A stretch of 64,000 nt of DNA from Octopus vulgaris (lineage: Eukaryota). The first letter of the stretch is position 1, and every line of letters starts with the position of its first letter. Under the pieces are notes generated by a model. That model made no database searches and had not been told where the DNA came from. It saw only the letters and a list, made by a program, of their open reading frames with translations. Shown here in pieces: positions 25,731 through 39,740 of this stretch. The stretch covers positions 41,974,001 through 42,038,000 of the forward strand of contig OX597834.1 of NCBI GenBank assembly GCA_951406725.2, read 5' to 3'. A program made the translations under genes and the position numbers.

Positions 25731-25986
25731 CAAGATGGCGTTGGATGACGTCAGCAGCTGGGTGAGCTGACCGGAAGTTGGGGCTGACCGGAAGGGGGCA
25801 GTTGTGAGGCGCGTGCAGTGAGCGGCGATTTCTGCCTTTCGAACCAGGGTCATCGACACGTCAAGACGGGGGAAGACGTTGCCAAGGTTGGGTGAAACAG
25901 CTGCTATCTTTAGCGTTCGGGTCGGGGCTGTGTCGAAGGATCCGTTACCACTGAAGGGTCTCTATCGGAGTGAAGAGAAGGTAGGT
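25731..25986 (+). promoter_or_regulatory. GC/CpG-rich TATA-less promoter and putative non-coding first exon
   Basis: CAAGATGGCG (YY1 motif) 25731-25740, TGACGTCA (CRE) 25746-25753, gctgaCCGGAAG (ETS) at 25766-25777 and 25783-25794, and a donor AAG|GTAGGT at 25981. Confidence 0.65.
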
Positions 25987-26218
25987 GCCTTTATATTCGA
26001 ATCGCGCACACACTACAGATGGTCACAGCTTCGTTGTATTCCTGTTTAATCATGACTCATGTGCTGCTAAACTTTGGTATCTAAAAAATGCCGTCGCTAC
26101 TTAATCTACAGAATGTCGGAGAGAGTAGTGGGTAGTGTTTTACTGTCTTGACTTTAATCCTGAAATGACAGAATGATAAGATATCTAAAGTTAGCGACAG
26201 AACAATTATACAGAGATA

Positions 26219-26378
26219 TATGAAGTGAAGCTGAAAAGTTCCCGGCTTTAAGAGTATTACGAAAGGCCTGGTTGGAGGCCCAACTTTCTGGGTTCGTTTA
26301 CAGGGCTTAGAAAAACTGAAGGACCGCTGCAGTAAACATGTGAATCTGAGAGGGGAACTTTTCAGCTGCCCCTTTTAT
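26219..26378 (+). mobile_element. mariner-derived MITE
   Basis: Inverted ends gctgaaaagttcc / gaacttttcagc. A longer sister copy lies at 47648-47870. Confidence 0.6.
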
Positions 26379-27781
26379 ACAACACATAGAAATGGCTGTG
26401 TGGTTAAGAAGTTCATCTGTTAACCTTGTGGCTTCAGGGTGCCATGTGATACCTTCTACAGTAGCTCTAGGTCCACCAAAGCTAGTCAGTGGTTTAGTGG
26501 ATTTGGTAGAAAAATACCTAGGATTACATTAACTAACCTGTTCTCTCTTTATAGTGTGTGGGCTTTATTTGAGAAAAGTTTGACTGGTTGTACAAGCTAC
26601 TTAAGTCTCTCACTTTCTCTCTTTCACCCCCCACCTCACCTCCTTCTCTTTCTTAGCACTTCTACTGCTTTTGAGTAGATTATCATGGTGTGTAACAAAG
26701 CTGTTACTGCTTGGTCAGATGTTTAGTGCAGTAGCACTGTACTTATATATATCTCCTCTGGTGCGTAGCTAAATGCCAATGACCCAAAATGTTGAGGCGT
26801 AGGTAGATGTCTTTATTTTACATTCAGTTTTCCATGCTGGCATAGGTTGGATGAGTCTGTTCCTCTTCAGCAGTGGTTCTCAACTGGGGTCCACTTGATA
26901 TTGGGGGTCCACTTGACTGTTGGGGGTCCACATAAGATAGTGTGGCTGTGTGGTAAGAAGTTTGATTCGCAACCACATGGTTCTGGGTTCAGTCCTACTG
27001 TATAGCACCTTGGGCATGTATCTTGTAACTATAGCCTCGAACTGACCAAAGCCTTGTGGGTGGATTTAGTAGACGGAAACTGAAAGAAGCCTGTCGTATA
27101 TATATGTATGTATGTATGTATGTACGTATGTATGTATGTATGTACGTATGTATGTATATATGTATGTGTGTATGTATGTATCTATGTATGTATGTATGTA
27201 TGTACTATGTATGTGTGTGTGTGTACAGCAAATATTCTGCTTAATATCACAGATTTGCTTGTCACTTGTTTGACCTTAACCAGTTGAACCTGTCCCCTGG
27301 TGGCTGACGATATGTGCATCTCTGATCACGAGCAGAAATTGTGGGGGAGCATCATAGCCATGTGTTAAGAGGAATTCTTTGGGCTTTGAATAATTCACTT
27401 CTGGAAACATGAGTGTCTTATTCATCATTCTTAAACAAACCTTATTCAGGGACTTTTTGAGTGGGATGAGCTATTTGACTTGAAGAAAACTTCTAACTGG
27501 GCCCTACCTGCAAGGTCATGTGCTGTTTATCTTGATATGAGGTCACCATGTAGCACACATGTGACTGTGATGAATGTGTCTGTTATATTCTCATCAGCCA
27601 GGTCATCAGGACATGTGCTGCTCTCTCAATAATAATAATAATAATAATAATTCTTCTTACTATAGGTACAAGGCCCGAAATTTGGGGGGAGGAGACTAGT
27701 CGATTACGTTGACCCCTGTGTTTCACTTGTACTTAATTTATAGATCCCAAAAGGATGAGAGGCAAAGCTGACCTTGGCGGA

Positions 27782-27830
27782 ATTAATAATAATAATAATA
27801 ATAATAATAATGATAATAATAATAATAATG

Positions 27831-27883
<53 letters not shown>

Positions 27884-27893
27884 TATTATGATA

Positions 27894-27930
<37 letters not shown>

Positions 27931-27940
27931 TGATGATAAT
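27782..27940. repeat. (AAT)n microsatellite
   Basis: About 160 bp of aat/gat triplets. Confidence 0.95.
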
Positions 27941-28180
27941 AAAAACTACTACAACTATTATTCTTTTATTATTTTACTGGTTTCTGTTGATCAGTACTTA
28001 TTGATTATTGATTATGTTGACGTCATTACTTTCTCCAGTATTTATTTCAATAATCTCTTTGAATTTTGAATTGATTTGTTTAATCCACCATAGCAGAAGG
28101 CCACAACTCAGGTACAATAAAATATCATGAGGACCCACAAGTTCACCACCAGTTCCTCACCACAACACGCATGCACGCAG

Positions 28181-28220
<40 letters not shown>

Positions 28221-30419
28221 GCACATGTACAATAGATTGTCAGTTCACAAGCCCTGATTTGATAGTTTTGGGGTTTATAGACTGGACACGTCTAAATTCA
28301 TTGTAGTACTTTGCAGTTATATTGCTTTGAATTGAACCCTATTACATGGTGCCTTTGGCAAGTGTCTCCTACTGTGGACCTAGGCCAACTAATGCCTTTT
28401 GAGTTAGTTTGGTTGATGGAAATTGTATGGAAGCCTCTCATAATGTATGTGTGTGTGTGTGAATGAGAGACCAAGAGAAAGGGCATATATTTATAGGCAG
28501 GGCAGCACCCAATTCACATCATATTTGGTTTGGGTTGTAAGAGATAGACAAGCCGTTGGTCCCAGTTAGCGTCCAACATTTGTAGGCTGGTTGTACACAG
28601 AATGTTTATGGAAACACATGGCCTAGTGGTTAGATAAGCGGATTCGCGGTTGAGGGATCGCGGGTTCGAATCTCAGACCGGGCGATGTGTGTGTTTATGA
28701 GCGAAAACACCTAAGCTCCGCGTGACTCCGGCAGAAGATAACGGCGAACTTCTGCTGACTCTTTCGCCACTGTTAAAATTGGTTTGTTCAATTATGCTCT
28801 CCTTGAAAATACGCAGGTCACCAAACACGAACACAGCACTCTTAGGAGTAAGTTCAATAAGTGGTGAATGTCTGCCTTAGCGTGAATGCTTTTACGTGCC
28901 ACCACGCAGGCACTTTTATGTGACGCTGCCAGGAGTGTTTTACATCACCAAAAGGATTGGTCTTAACATTTCTGCTGCAGTGACAACACTATCTCACCAG
29001 GTGTGCGTATATCGAATAACACCTTAACAGCTGTTCCTGTATACTTGCTGCCTGTGGAAATGGTTTGGGAAATGAGCATGAATCAAGGTGTTCTTTAGTT
29101 CTGTGACACAAATAAGCTAACCACCTGCAACAGGATCTTCATGAAACCAACCAACCAACCAACCAATTATTTATTCATATTCAAGCCAGGTAAACTTCAT
29201 ACTTGTTAGGAAACAGGATATACTGGTAGTTGTCAATAACATGTCTCGTCTTTGTGAAAAATATAGTATTTGACATAAGCTATTGCTTAGTAACCTCATA
29301 AAGGCCGCGAGCTGGCTGAATTATTAACATGTAGAGAAAAATGCTTAGCAGCATTTTGTGTGTCCTTAGGTTCTGAGTTCAAGTTCCACTGAGGTCGACT
29401 TTACCTTTTTATCCTTTTGAGGTTGATAAAATACGTATCAGTGGTGTACTGGGGTTGATGTAATCGGCTCATCTCATTCTTCTAAATTTCAGTCCTTGTA
29501 CCTATGGGAGAAAGGATTAGTGACCACAAAATAAAGGCTGGAGCAAGGTTCTAGCCAGACAAAAAGTAACATGATGGTGAAATGTTACTTCAGACAGAGC
29601 CATAAAAACTAAAAAAAAAACAACAAAAAGAAACAGGCTTAGAAAGAATGGAAGAAAAGGGACAATATCAGGTAACTAAAAGAAGAAGCTAGGTAACAAA
29701 TTTACCTGGTGAAGAGATAAGATAGAAGCAGGTAATTTGCCAGAGATTTGTGTCAAGAAATCAGACGTGAGATGTATTCTTGATTGGAAAGGGATAAAGG
29801 GATGTCGGGGGTGAATCAGGATGTTGCGGTAGGAAAATTTGTTCAAAATGACACAGGTGTACTTATTTTCTTTCACACTAAGAAAGAACAAAAAGAAGAG
29901 GCTGGGAAATGTTAGCAGTTCGGCAAAAGTACCAGGCTTACAAAGAATAAGTCCTGGGGTCAATTTGTTTGACTAAAAGCGGTGCTCCAGCATGGCCGCA
30001 GCCAAATGACTGAAACAAGTAAAAGAGTAAAAGAAAATATTTACTAGGGATAAAAACTTGTTAATTTTTTTTCCTTCAAAAACAATTTCCTGTGTCATAT
30101 TCAGACGAGCTTTTATGCATAAGTAACTAAAGTGAACTCACTTTTGAACTTTCTTTAGAAAAGTTCATCCATGGGCCCATGTTTGTAGTCTTATTCAAAA
30201 CTTGTTTGAATATAGGCAAGGCTGCACAATGCTCTTGGCTTTCAATAAATTCTAAGCATTTATAAGACGTAGGTGGTGATTAGATTGTATTGCTGTGTCA
30301 TTTCAGACTAAGTAATAAATGCTTGGTCATGAAGCAAACAATTAAGTTTTTCTTTCACTTTCGCTTTTGTTGTTCTGGTTTCAGTGTGAGTTCTGCATCA
30401 CTGCTTGTGGTATGTCATT

Positions 30420-30845
30420 CAAGAAAACCTTTGAAGCCATTCAGAAGAACAAGGAGAAACGGAGGAGAAATTTGGTGCAGTTCCAGTCCCATTCACCTAG
30501 AGGTCATGTACTTGTAGAAGAAGCCTCACTGGCCAGCAGAAGCTGAATGTCGCTCAAGGAGCAGATTGTTGGTCAGTACCAGCTTCTTGGGAAATCACTT
30601 AAAGGCGGAAAGGAGAGAGCGGTGGAATTATCAAGAGAGGTGAGACTACTGTGGAGCGACAAACTGAATTCTACAGTCATTTCCGAGCAAGCAAAATGGT
30701 TTAGGCTTCAACATGTGCTTGATTCGTATGATAAATGCGCCAAGAAAGGAAAATTTGAGTCATTAGGAGAATGGTTCAAAATCACCAAAGTTCAAGGTAA
30801 ATGGATCAGTGCCGATGACAAAAAAGCTGTACTCCATCCAACTCC
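30420..30845 (+). pseudogene. Isolated protein-coding-like fragment, probably the N-terminus of a decayed transposase, cut by a SINE
   Basis: ORF 30547-30867 has natural amino-acid composition (KEQIVGQYQLL...VRLLWSDKLN...WFKITKVQGKWISADDKK) and runs into a family A SINE fragment at ~30845. The family assignment is inference. Confidence 0.4.
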
Positions 30846-31261
30846 TTTGGTCGGCCCGAGGCTATAGTAGAAGACACTTGCCCAAGGTGCCACACAGTGG
30901 AGCTGAACCCGGAACCATGTGGTTCATAAGCAAGCTACTTAACACACAGCCACTCCTATGTACAGAATAATGGTGTGCTTGGTGGACCATGATGTTTGGA
31001 ATGTATGTGGGTTGATCAAAAATGTATTCTAATGGTTCAGCTTGTTGGGGCGTTCTAGGAGGTAGTAAAGTTGTCAAGAACTCAACTGTCAGTTGAACGC
31101 ATTTGAAATCTGATGATTACATTATGTATGAAAGTGCTAGATTAACCTTATGAGCATTACAAAATATCTTTTTTAATGTTAAAATACCATAATAAAAAAG
31201 GGTGAAAACCACACCATGTTTTCACTTTATTTAACTGATATGTATATATACTTATAAATAT

Positions 31262-31353
<92 letters not shown>

Positions 31354-32030
31354 CATATATATATGGACCATACACACACACATACACATAGCATACGTAC
31401 ATACATATATACAAACACACACACACATATACCATACATACATATATACAAACATACACACACACATATACATATATATACCATACAGACATACATATAT
31501 ACAAACATACACGCATACACACTCACACACACACATACCATACACACATACATATATACAAACACACACACACACACACACATATGATATATATTCATGT
31601 ATAATGGTTTCAATAATAGGAGAGTAAAAGTCACCAATAGTAGACTTGTGTGAATTTAGAGTTTAGGTTTGTCCTGTAAGTTGTTGAACCAATTTATTTC
31701 TGAAGAACTGTTTTTCCAGAACGGAAAACAGATTTGACTGTGTAATTCTATCGTGAGTTGCATCAAGTATGACCTTTGTGATTTTGTCTAATTCACTTTC
31801 AGTAGAATTAATGAGCCTGCATTTTAGGGTCAGTTAAGAAATTTAGACTTATGGTCTTTTAGAGTAATCTAGGATGGCCTAGCTGCTAAACATCATAGTC
31901 TATCGTTTATCCAAGTGACCAAAGCCAACTGCTTGCTTTCTTGTCAATGAAGTTGCACGTTTTAGGATTAGCTTTCTTATATGTCTTTGGGATGTTACTA
32001 GGAAGATGAATGTTTAAAATTTCATTCAAT

Positions 32031-32325
32031 AAGACAAAAAATATATTCATCAAAGCAGCTTCTCTCTAAAACAATGCCCTTAAAGTACGCAAGATTAAAG
32101 AAAAGCTACAATACATTCCCTGATACACACAAACAAGCAACAAACGAAATAGAGTCAGAAAGCATACTTACCTGGTTCAACCTGCCCTTTAGTATAAATG
32201 TAACAACAAATGTGGCATAAACTTTTCTATCACCAATTACCAAACACTTCCCAGCTAAATATAAATATCACAAACTATTTAATAGGAAAAACGTAAAAGT
32301 TAGCTACAGCAGTACAAAAGTATAA
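32031..32325 (+). mobile_element. Penelope-like retroelement ORF remnant (region C-terminal to the RT)
   Basis: Frameshifted reading KNIFIKAASL*NNALK...KEKLQYIP, then from 32173 WFNLPFSINVTTNVA*TFLSPITKHFPAKYKYHKLFNRKNVKVSYS. This matches the WFNPPxSxNVxTN...KHFP...FNRxxVKVSYS motif I recall from invertebrate Penelope-like elements. Confidence 0.7.
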
Positions 32326-33046
32326 AGCATGTCATACAAACACTAAATAACAAAATATCAAGAAATAAATCATATTATTCCAAACACATACGCAACTGCA
32401 GAGTTTCAGTGTTATGCTTGAATGAATGAATTCCAATATTTTAAATCCGGGTTTATCCCCATCAATAGGGGTGGTCTGATCTACCACATTCTTAAAGCAA
32501 CTGCTCTCACACCATCTCACCATCTAGCCTGGCTTTGGGTAACATCTCTCCTCAAGTCAACCCTCCCAATCTCCTTCTCCTCCATCTGCTCATTTTGTCC
32601 CAATTTAGACAGAATTTTTTGAAAATTGAAAATGATCAAATTAGACATTAGTGTAAGAGAAAATTGACTTGAAATCCAAAAGAGGAAAGAATATTGATTG
32701 TCAAACACCAAAAGTTACCCAGATATTCTAATGGCAACCTCAGTTACAATCAGATCAATGTCGAGGAATTAAGACATTAACAGTCACCTGACTATGTTTC
32801 GGACCCTCTCAACTTCAACAACACCTATGTTGACCAGATTTAATATATATATATATATATCGTATATATATATATGTACTACATATATATCATACATGTA
32901 TATGTACCATACACACACACACACACTCACACACAGACAGAAGCACACACAAATATACCATACGTACATATATACAAACATACACGCAGACACACATACA
33001 AAAACTGTACAAAATATAATGTGTGTGTGTGTATATATATGTATAT

Positions 33047-33429
33047 ACTCTTTTACTTGTTTCAGTCATGTGACTGTGGCCATGCTGGAGCACTGCCTTT
33101 AGTTGAGCAAATCGACCCCAGGACTTATTCTATCAGTCTCTTTTGCTGAACCGCTAAGTTATGGGGATGTAAACACACCAGCATCGGTTGTCAAGCGATG
33201 TTTAGTGGGACAAACACAGACACACAAACATACACACACACATATAAATATATATATACATATATACGATGGGCTTCTTTCAGTTTCTGTCTACCAAATC
33301 CACTTACAAGGCTTTGGTCGGCCCAAGACTATAGTAGAAGACACTAGCCCAAGGTGCAACGCAGTGGGACTGAACCCGGAACCATGTGGTTCGTAAGCAA
33401 GCTACTTACCACACAGCCACCCCTACGCC
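33047..33429 (-). mobile_element. SINE family A
   Basis: Reverse-complement copy. Further copies follow at ~33570-33916, ~34400-34610 and ~35020-35312. Confidence 0.8.
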
Positions 33430-35171
33430 TATATATATATATATTTGCAATGCAATAATTTCAAACTGGTGGGGAAAAGAAAACAAGAAATCAGAAATTA
33501 CTCATTTTACCCCGCTTACTTATTTTACCGCCTCCTCACCACCACCGCCACCAGCAATCTTGTATCATTCTTTTATTTGTTTCAGTCATTTGATTGCGGC
33601 CTTTAGTCGAACAAATCGACCCAAGGACTTATTCTTTGTAAGCCTATCGGTCTCTTTTGCCAAACCGCTAAGTTATGGGGGCGTGAACACACCAACATCG
33701 ATTGTCGAGCGATGGTGGGGAGACAAACACACGCGCACAAACATACACATATATACGACGGGCTTCTTTCAGTTTCCGTCTACCAAATCCACTCACAAGG
33801 CTATGATCAGCCCGAGGCTATAGTAAAAGACAATTGCTCAAGGTGCCATGCAGTGGGACTGAACCCGGAACCATGTGGCTGGTAAGCAAGCTACTTACCA
33901 CACAGCCACTCCTGCGTTGATAAATTATGTAGCAGGAAGGCATCGAAAATCAACAAAGATTTACTGAGAGTAAAAGATTGTTATTGCTACGTACACATTT
34001 GTATTACCGACGTTGTTTATCAATCTAAATTATTTAGTCTTTTAGAATAAGTCATATTGATTAGTTTACCAAATTTAAAATAGAACAATGGAGTTATCTC
34101 CCTTATCATTCAAATCTCAATGTTTATTTAACAGTAAGAGAACTTGCGTTTAATCTGTTTGTCTGTCCTTGTTTGTCCCCTCTGTGTTTAGCCCCTTGTG
34201 GGTAGTAAAGAAATAAGAGAACTTGTCTTTGCTGTCGATGATTCTTTGTTGATTCTGGAGATCTTCTCACTACAAGGTTTATTCGGGATATTTAACTCCC
34301 AGTTTAAGTGGTATTCACTGGTGTATATACTGCGATTATATACTGTTGTAGGATTTTGTTAAAAGCTATAGGTGACCAGATTCAAAGATGTGCTATTTTC
34401 TCTTCACTTGTTTCGGTCAGGTGATTGTGGCCATGCTGGAGCACCGCCTTTAGTTGAGTAAATCGACCCCAGGACTTATTCTTTGTAAGCCTAGTACTTA
34501 TTCTATTGGCTCTTGTTTGCTGAACTGCAAAGTTACAGGGACGTAAACACACCAGCATCGGGTGGCAAGCGATGTTGGTGGGGGGGGGGGGGACAGACAG
34601 ACACACACACACACTATGTGGTTGGGAAGCATCTATATATTGTATACATTGTGTGTGTGTGTGTGTCTGTCCCCTTTATGTTTTACTGATTTCAGTCATT
34701 GGACTGTGGCCATGCTGGGGCAATGCCTTGAAGGGCTTAGTAGTCAAACAAACTGATCCCAGTACATATTTTCACAGGAGATTGGGAACAATGTCGCTTG
34801 TATGACGGTGATACTCATTTACAATCATCATGACATCAACTCAAACACACACGCATACATACAACTATACAGACACCAGTTATAAATATATTATGTATAT
34901 ACATATATATATATATATACATATATAATGCTGATACACATATATTGTGTATATAATATATACACACATATATTATGTGTATATACTCATGTATATATAC
35001 ATATTCTGTGTATATACTCTTTACTCTTTTACTTTAATCGAGCAACTCGACCCCGGGACTTATTCTTTTGTAAGCCCAGTACTTATTCTATCGGTCTCTT
35101 TTGCCGAACCGCTAAGTAACGGTTGTCAAGCAATGCTAAGGGGACAAACACAGACACATAAACACACACGC

Positions 35172-35218
<47 letters not shown>

Positions 35219-36945
35219 TACGACACGCTTCTTTCAGTTTCCGTCTACCAAATCCACTCACAAGGCATTGGTCAGCCCGGGGCTATAGCAGAAGACACTT
35301 GCCCAAGATGCCAAGCATATATTATGTATATAAACTGATCAATCAGTGAGTAGGGCCAAAGAATTCTTTGGTAGTTAATCCAGTCATTGAAAAGGAATGT
35401 TGCTGTTGTTCTCAAAATGTTTGATTTATAAAGTTTTATCAAATTAAAAGGTCAATACTTGCATCCTGTTTCATTGTGTGAATTTTGTCATTGAAATTCA
35501 CATTGAAATTTGAGAGACATCAGGTGGTCATTATGTGTTAAGCAACAGCGAAATCTCAGTGAAGCTTCATTATGGTCTTAAATAAAAGGTAATCCTACAC
35601 ACACCATGTTCAGTGGTCACAGAGGGGGATAACCTTTGCTCATAGGAAGTGGCTTTTTGTTCAGCCATTTTGAAAGAGGCATTATGTGGTCTTTTGACAT
35701 GTTAAAAATAGCATTCCTAATCTTATGGGCTTGTAAGTGCTGGTGCCATGTGAAAAGCACCCAGTACAATCTGTTGGTGTTAAGAAGTGCATTCAAGCGT
35801 TAGAAACCATGTCATTAATGACACAGGACCTGAACAGCCCTTCAACTGATCAGCTTCTGGTAAACCATCCAACCCATGCCAGCATGGAAAATGGACTTTA
35901 AATGATGATGTTGATGATGATGATGATGATGATGATGAATTATCTTATACCTTTGGGATTTTAGTGATGTAATTGTTAATTTTTAGAATGGCATCGTAGG
36001 ATAGGTGTAAGAGGTTGGATTTAGTCAGTTTGACTGTAAAACAGGTAAAATATTTTGGGTCAGATACGGTCAGTTTAGATGCTAAAGGGTCGTGTTTACA
36101 AATCCAAAGGCTTATAGTAAAATATTCATTGGATATGGCATGGTCACTGCTAGAACACCCTTGATCAAAGTTCAGTTTGATCAGGGATGTCCTGGGGTTA
36201 AATCACTGCAAGAGGGTACATATCAGACAGTGTAGTCCTAGATACATTGTGTCGGAATAAAAGATGGCTTGGTCACTACTGGAGTACCATTGATCATAAG
36301 TGAGCTTCATCAGGTATCACCTGGGGCTAAATAATAAGGTACATATTAGTAGTCCTAGATGCCTTATGTTAGAATGACTTTGATCATAGGTCTGCATAAT
36401 CAGAGCTGACCTGGGGCTAAAATGATTCTTTTACTTGCTTCAATCATTTGACTGTGTCCAAGCTGGAGCACTGCCTTGAAGGGTTTTAGTCAAACAAATC
36501 GACTCCAGGACCTATTATGTTTTTAAAATCCTGGTAGTTATTCTATTGGTTTCTCTTTGCCGAACTGCTAAGTTATGGGGGTTGTAAACGCATCAACACC
36601 GGTTGTGTGAGACAAACAGAGACATACACACATAGATATATATACGACGAGCTTCTTCCAGTTTCCGTCTACCAAATTCACTCACAAGATTTTGGTCAGC
36701 TCAAGGCTATAGTAGAGACACTTGCCCAAGGTGCCATGCATTGGAACTGAACCTGGAACCATGTGGTTGGTAAGCAAGCTTCTTACCATACATCTGCAAC
36801 AGTGTGAATCAAATTTTTATTACATAAAATGGACACCACTACACTGCAGACAGGCTGTATATGGTAGCTTGACCTCTATTGAAGGTCAGTTTACAATATT
36901 AGTTCGTTTAGTTATGGTTTATTTCTGAGAAGTACTCTCTCTCTC

Positions 36946-37345
36946 TCTTTTACTCTTTTACTTGTTTCAGTCATTTGACTGTGGCCATGCTGGAGCACCG
37001 CCTTTAGTCGAGCAAATCGACCCCGGGACTTATTCTTTGTAAGCCCAGTATTTATTCTATCGGTCTCTTTTTGCCGAACCGCTAAGTGACGGGGACGTAA
37101 ACACACCAGCATCGGTTGTCAAGCAATGCTAGGGGGACAAACACAGACACACACATATATACATATATATACATATATACGACAGGCTTCTTTCAGTTTC
37201 CGTTGTCTACCAAATCCACTCACAAGGCATTGGTCGGCCCGGGGCTATAGCAGAAGACACTTGCCCAAGATGCCACACAGTGGGACTGAACCCGGAACCA
37301 TGTGGTTGGTTAGCAAGCTACTTACCACACAGCCACTCCTACGGC
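36946..37345 (-). mobile_element. SINE family A, young subfamily
   Basis: Diagnostic ggcattggtcggcccggggctatagcagaag, shared with 38738-39131 and 46797-47192. Confidence 0.85.
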
Positions 37346-37604
37346 TACCTACTAAAAGTGTAAAAAAACGTTTCATCGCCTTTCTCTGATCTGTTCCAGG
37401 ACAACTCTCTTCACTCAGTTCGTAATTCTTTGCTTTGTGTGGAATATTTTTGGTGAATCGGGGGAAAAAGTACAGCTTTGACTCAGCACCACGCTGATTC
37501 TGCCAGAGAATTACAATATAGACACAGCTATACCTAATTTCAGTCACATGAGTCAACCGAAGGCAACAGAAATTTGACGTCTGCAAAAGTAATATGGAAC
37601 TCGG

Positions 37605-37970
37605 GGCCGCGAGCTGGCAGAAACGTTAGCACACCAGGCGAAATGCGTAGCGGTATTTCGTCTGCCGTTACGTTCTGAGTTCAAATTCCGCCGAGGTCGA
37701 CTTTGCCTTTCATCCTTTCGGGGTCGATAAATTAAGTACCAGTTACACACTGGCGTCAATATAATCGACTTAATCCGTTTGTCCTCTCTGTGTTTAGCCC
37801 CTCGTGGGTAGTAAAGAAATAGGTATTCCGTCTGCCGTTACGTTTTGAGTTCAAATTCCGCCAAGGTCGACTTCGCCATTCATCCTTTCGGGGTTCGATT
37901 AAATAAGTACCAGCTACGCACTGGGGTCGATGTAATCGACTTAATCCCTTTGTCCTTGTTTGTCCCCTCT
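37605..37970 (+). mobile_element. SINE family B, partial tandem dimer
   Basis: A full unit followed directly, after gtaaagaaata, by re-entry at ggtattccgtctgccgttacg. Confidence 0.8.
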
Positions 37971-38737
37971 GGGGCTCGGGACTTTGTGTTTGCGAAGTGA
38001 ATACCATATCTATTCAGCCTCGCTATGCTTCGAAACTGATACATACTGATTAAAGCATTGACCTTCCGAGGAAAAAGTTTTCCAGAATATTCTCTCGGGC
38101 AATAACCTCGCCATAAAATTCTTTCTATTATAGACACACGGTCTGAAATTTGGGTGGTGGGTCAGTGTCGATTACATCAACCTCACTGCTTAATTAGTAC
38201 TTATTTTGTCGACCCCCAAAAGAATGAAAGGCGAAGTTAACCTCGGCGGAATTTGAACTCAAAACATAAGGAGCCGAAAGGATTACCACTAAGCATGTTG
38301 TCCGACTTATTAAAGATTCTGCCAAACTCGCCGACGGTAAATTATATATGTGTAGCTTTTAACTTTCCATTGCTAATTAATGAAAGCTTAGAATACGCTG
38401 ATCAAAGGGGAAAAAATGGAAAAAAAAACCCCAAAAAAACACGATAAAGCATTTTTACAAGAATATTTTTAGAGTTTTCTAAAATTAATATTTGCAGAAT
38501 TGTAATCTCCAGACTTAAAATAAAATTTGAAAATAAGAATAAAACAAAAGAAAGAAAAGAGTCTTGAAAAGGTTGCAAGACGCAACGAAAATTTTAGGAA
38601 AATAAAAATAAGAAAAAAGTGGAAATTTTACGGTGAGTGTGTTAGATTATAAGGGACAAAAAGAGAATGACTCTCCCCAGACACAACAAAAAAAATAAAA
38701 AAAATTACGTTCCTCTGCGGGCGGAGAACTTTTTATA

Positions 38738-39131
38738 GGCGCAGGAGTGGCTGTGTGGTAAGTAGCTTGCTAACCAACCACATGGTTCCGGGTTCAGTCC
38801 CACTGCGTGGCATCTTGGGCAAGTGTCTTCTGCTATAGCCCCGGGCCGACCAATGCCTTGTGAGTGGATTTGGTACACGGAAACTGAAAGAAGCCTGTCG
38901 TATATATGTATATATATGTATATATGTGTGTGTCTGTGTTTGTCCCCCTAGCATTGCTTGACAACCGATGCTGGTGTGTTTACGTCCCCGTTACTTAGCG
39001 GTTCGGCAAAAGAGACCAATAGAATAAGTACTGGGCTTACAAAGAATAAGTCCCGGGGTCGAGTTGCTCGACTAAAGGCGGTGCTCCAGCATGGCCGCAT
39101 TCAAATGACTGAAACAAGTAAAAGAGTAAAG
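38738..39131 (+). mobile_element. SINE family A, full length, young subfamily
   Basis: Runs from ggcgcaggagtggctgtgtggtaag to gaaacaagtaaaagagtaaag. Confidence 0.9.
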
Positions 39132-39740
39132 GAAAGGAAAATCGATCTTTTTTTTTTACAATCGTCATCTCCGATATTTAAAACAATCCAAAAAGATTAC
39201 GATTTTCGGCGAAATAATTATTGTGCTATTATTTTAAGGGATTGGTCCAATATAATATTAAATTACTTTCCTTTTTTTTTTTTTGAGGTAAAATAATAAA
39301 TTATAATATTTTCTGTTTTTACATAAAATACTGAAAAATATTCCGTTTTATTTTTGGTATTATGTAGTCAAGAGTGCATCTGTTCCCGGGCAGCCGGATG
39401 AACCCATGTGGAACCCCTTTTAATCATAGGGTTGTCTGTTTCACTGGGGCTGACTATCAGCAATGAACAACGAATCTCCCGCCAATTTTACATCAGTTAC
39501 GAAAATACATCACATTGCGGTGCCTATTTTCAACGAGGGTCAGTCTCTTCGGCTATTGAGAAAAAAAAGTTGTTTAGCCTCACGTCAGACACTGATTGAT
39601 GCTAGATCGATTAATCAAAAGCATCCCAATTACAAGTCATTCGGGGCTTTTTTCGTAGAGGGAGGGACGATCGGAAAAGAAGAAGAAAATAATTTGAAAC
39701 AAAGAAAACAACGAGAGGAATAGAGCATGATGGAGAATGA

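Noticed and set aside
27304-27340. CTGACGA...GAAA
   Set aside because: No stem II pairing. It lies in what looks like an ordinary interspersed repeat.
31107-31143. CTGATGA...GAAA with a short palindrome between
   Set aside because: There is no G-C closing pair for stem II and no valid stem I after an NUH triplet.
32164-32175. ATACTTACCTGG, identical to the 5' end of U1 snRNA
   Set aside because: The match stops after 12 nt and lies inside the Penelope-like ORF remnant. No U1 stem-loops or Sm site follow.
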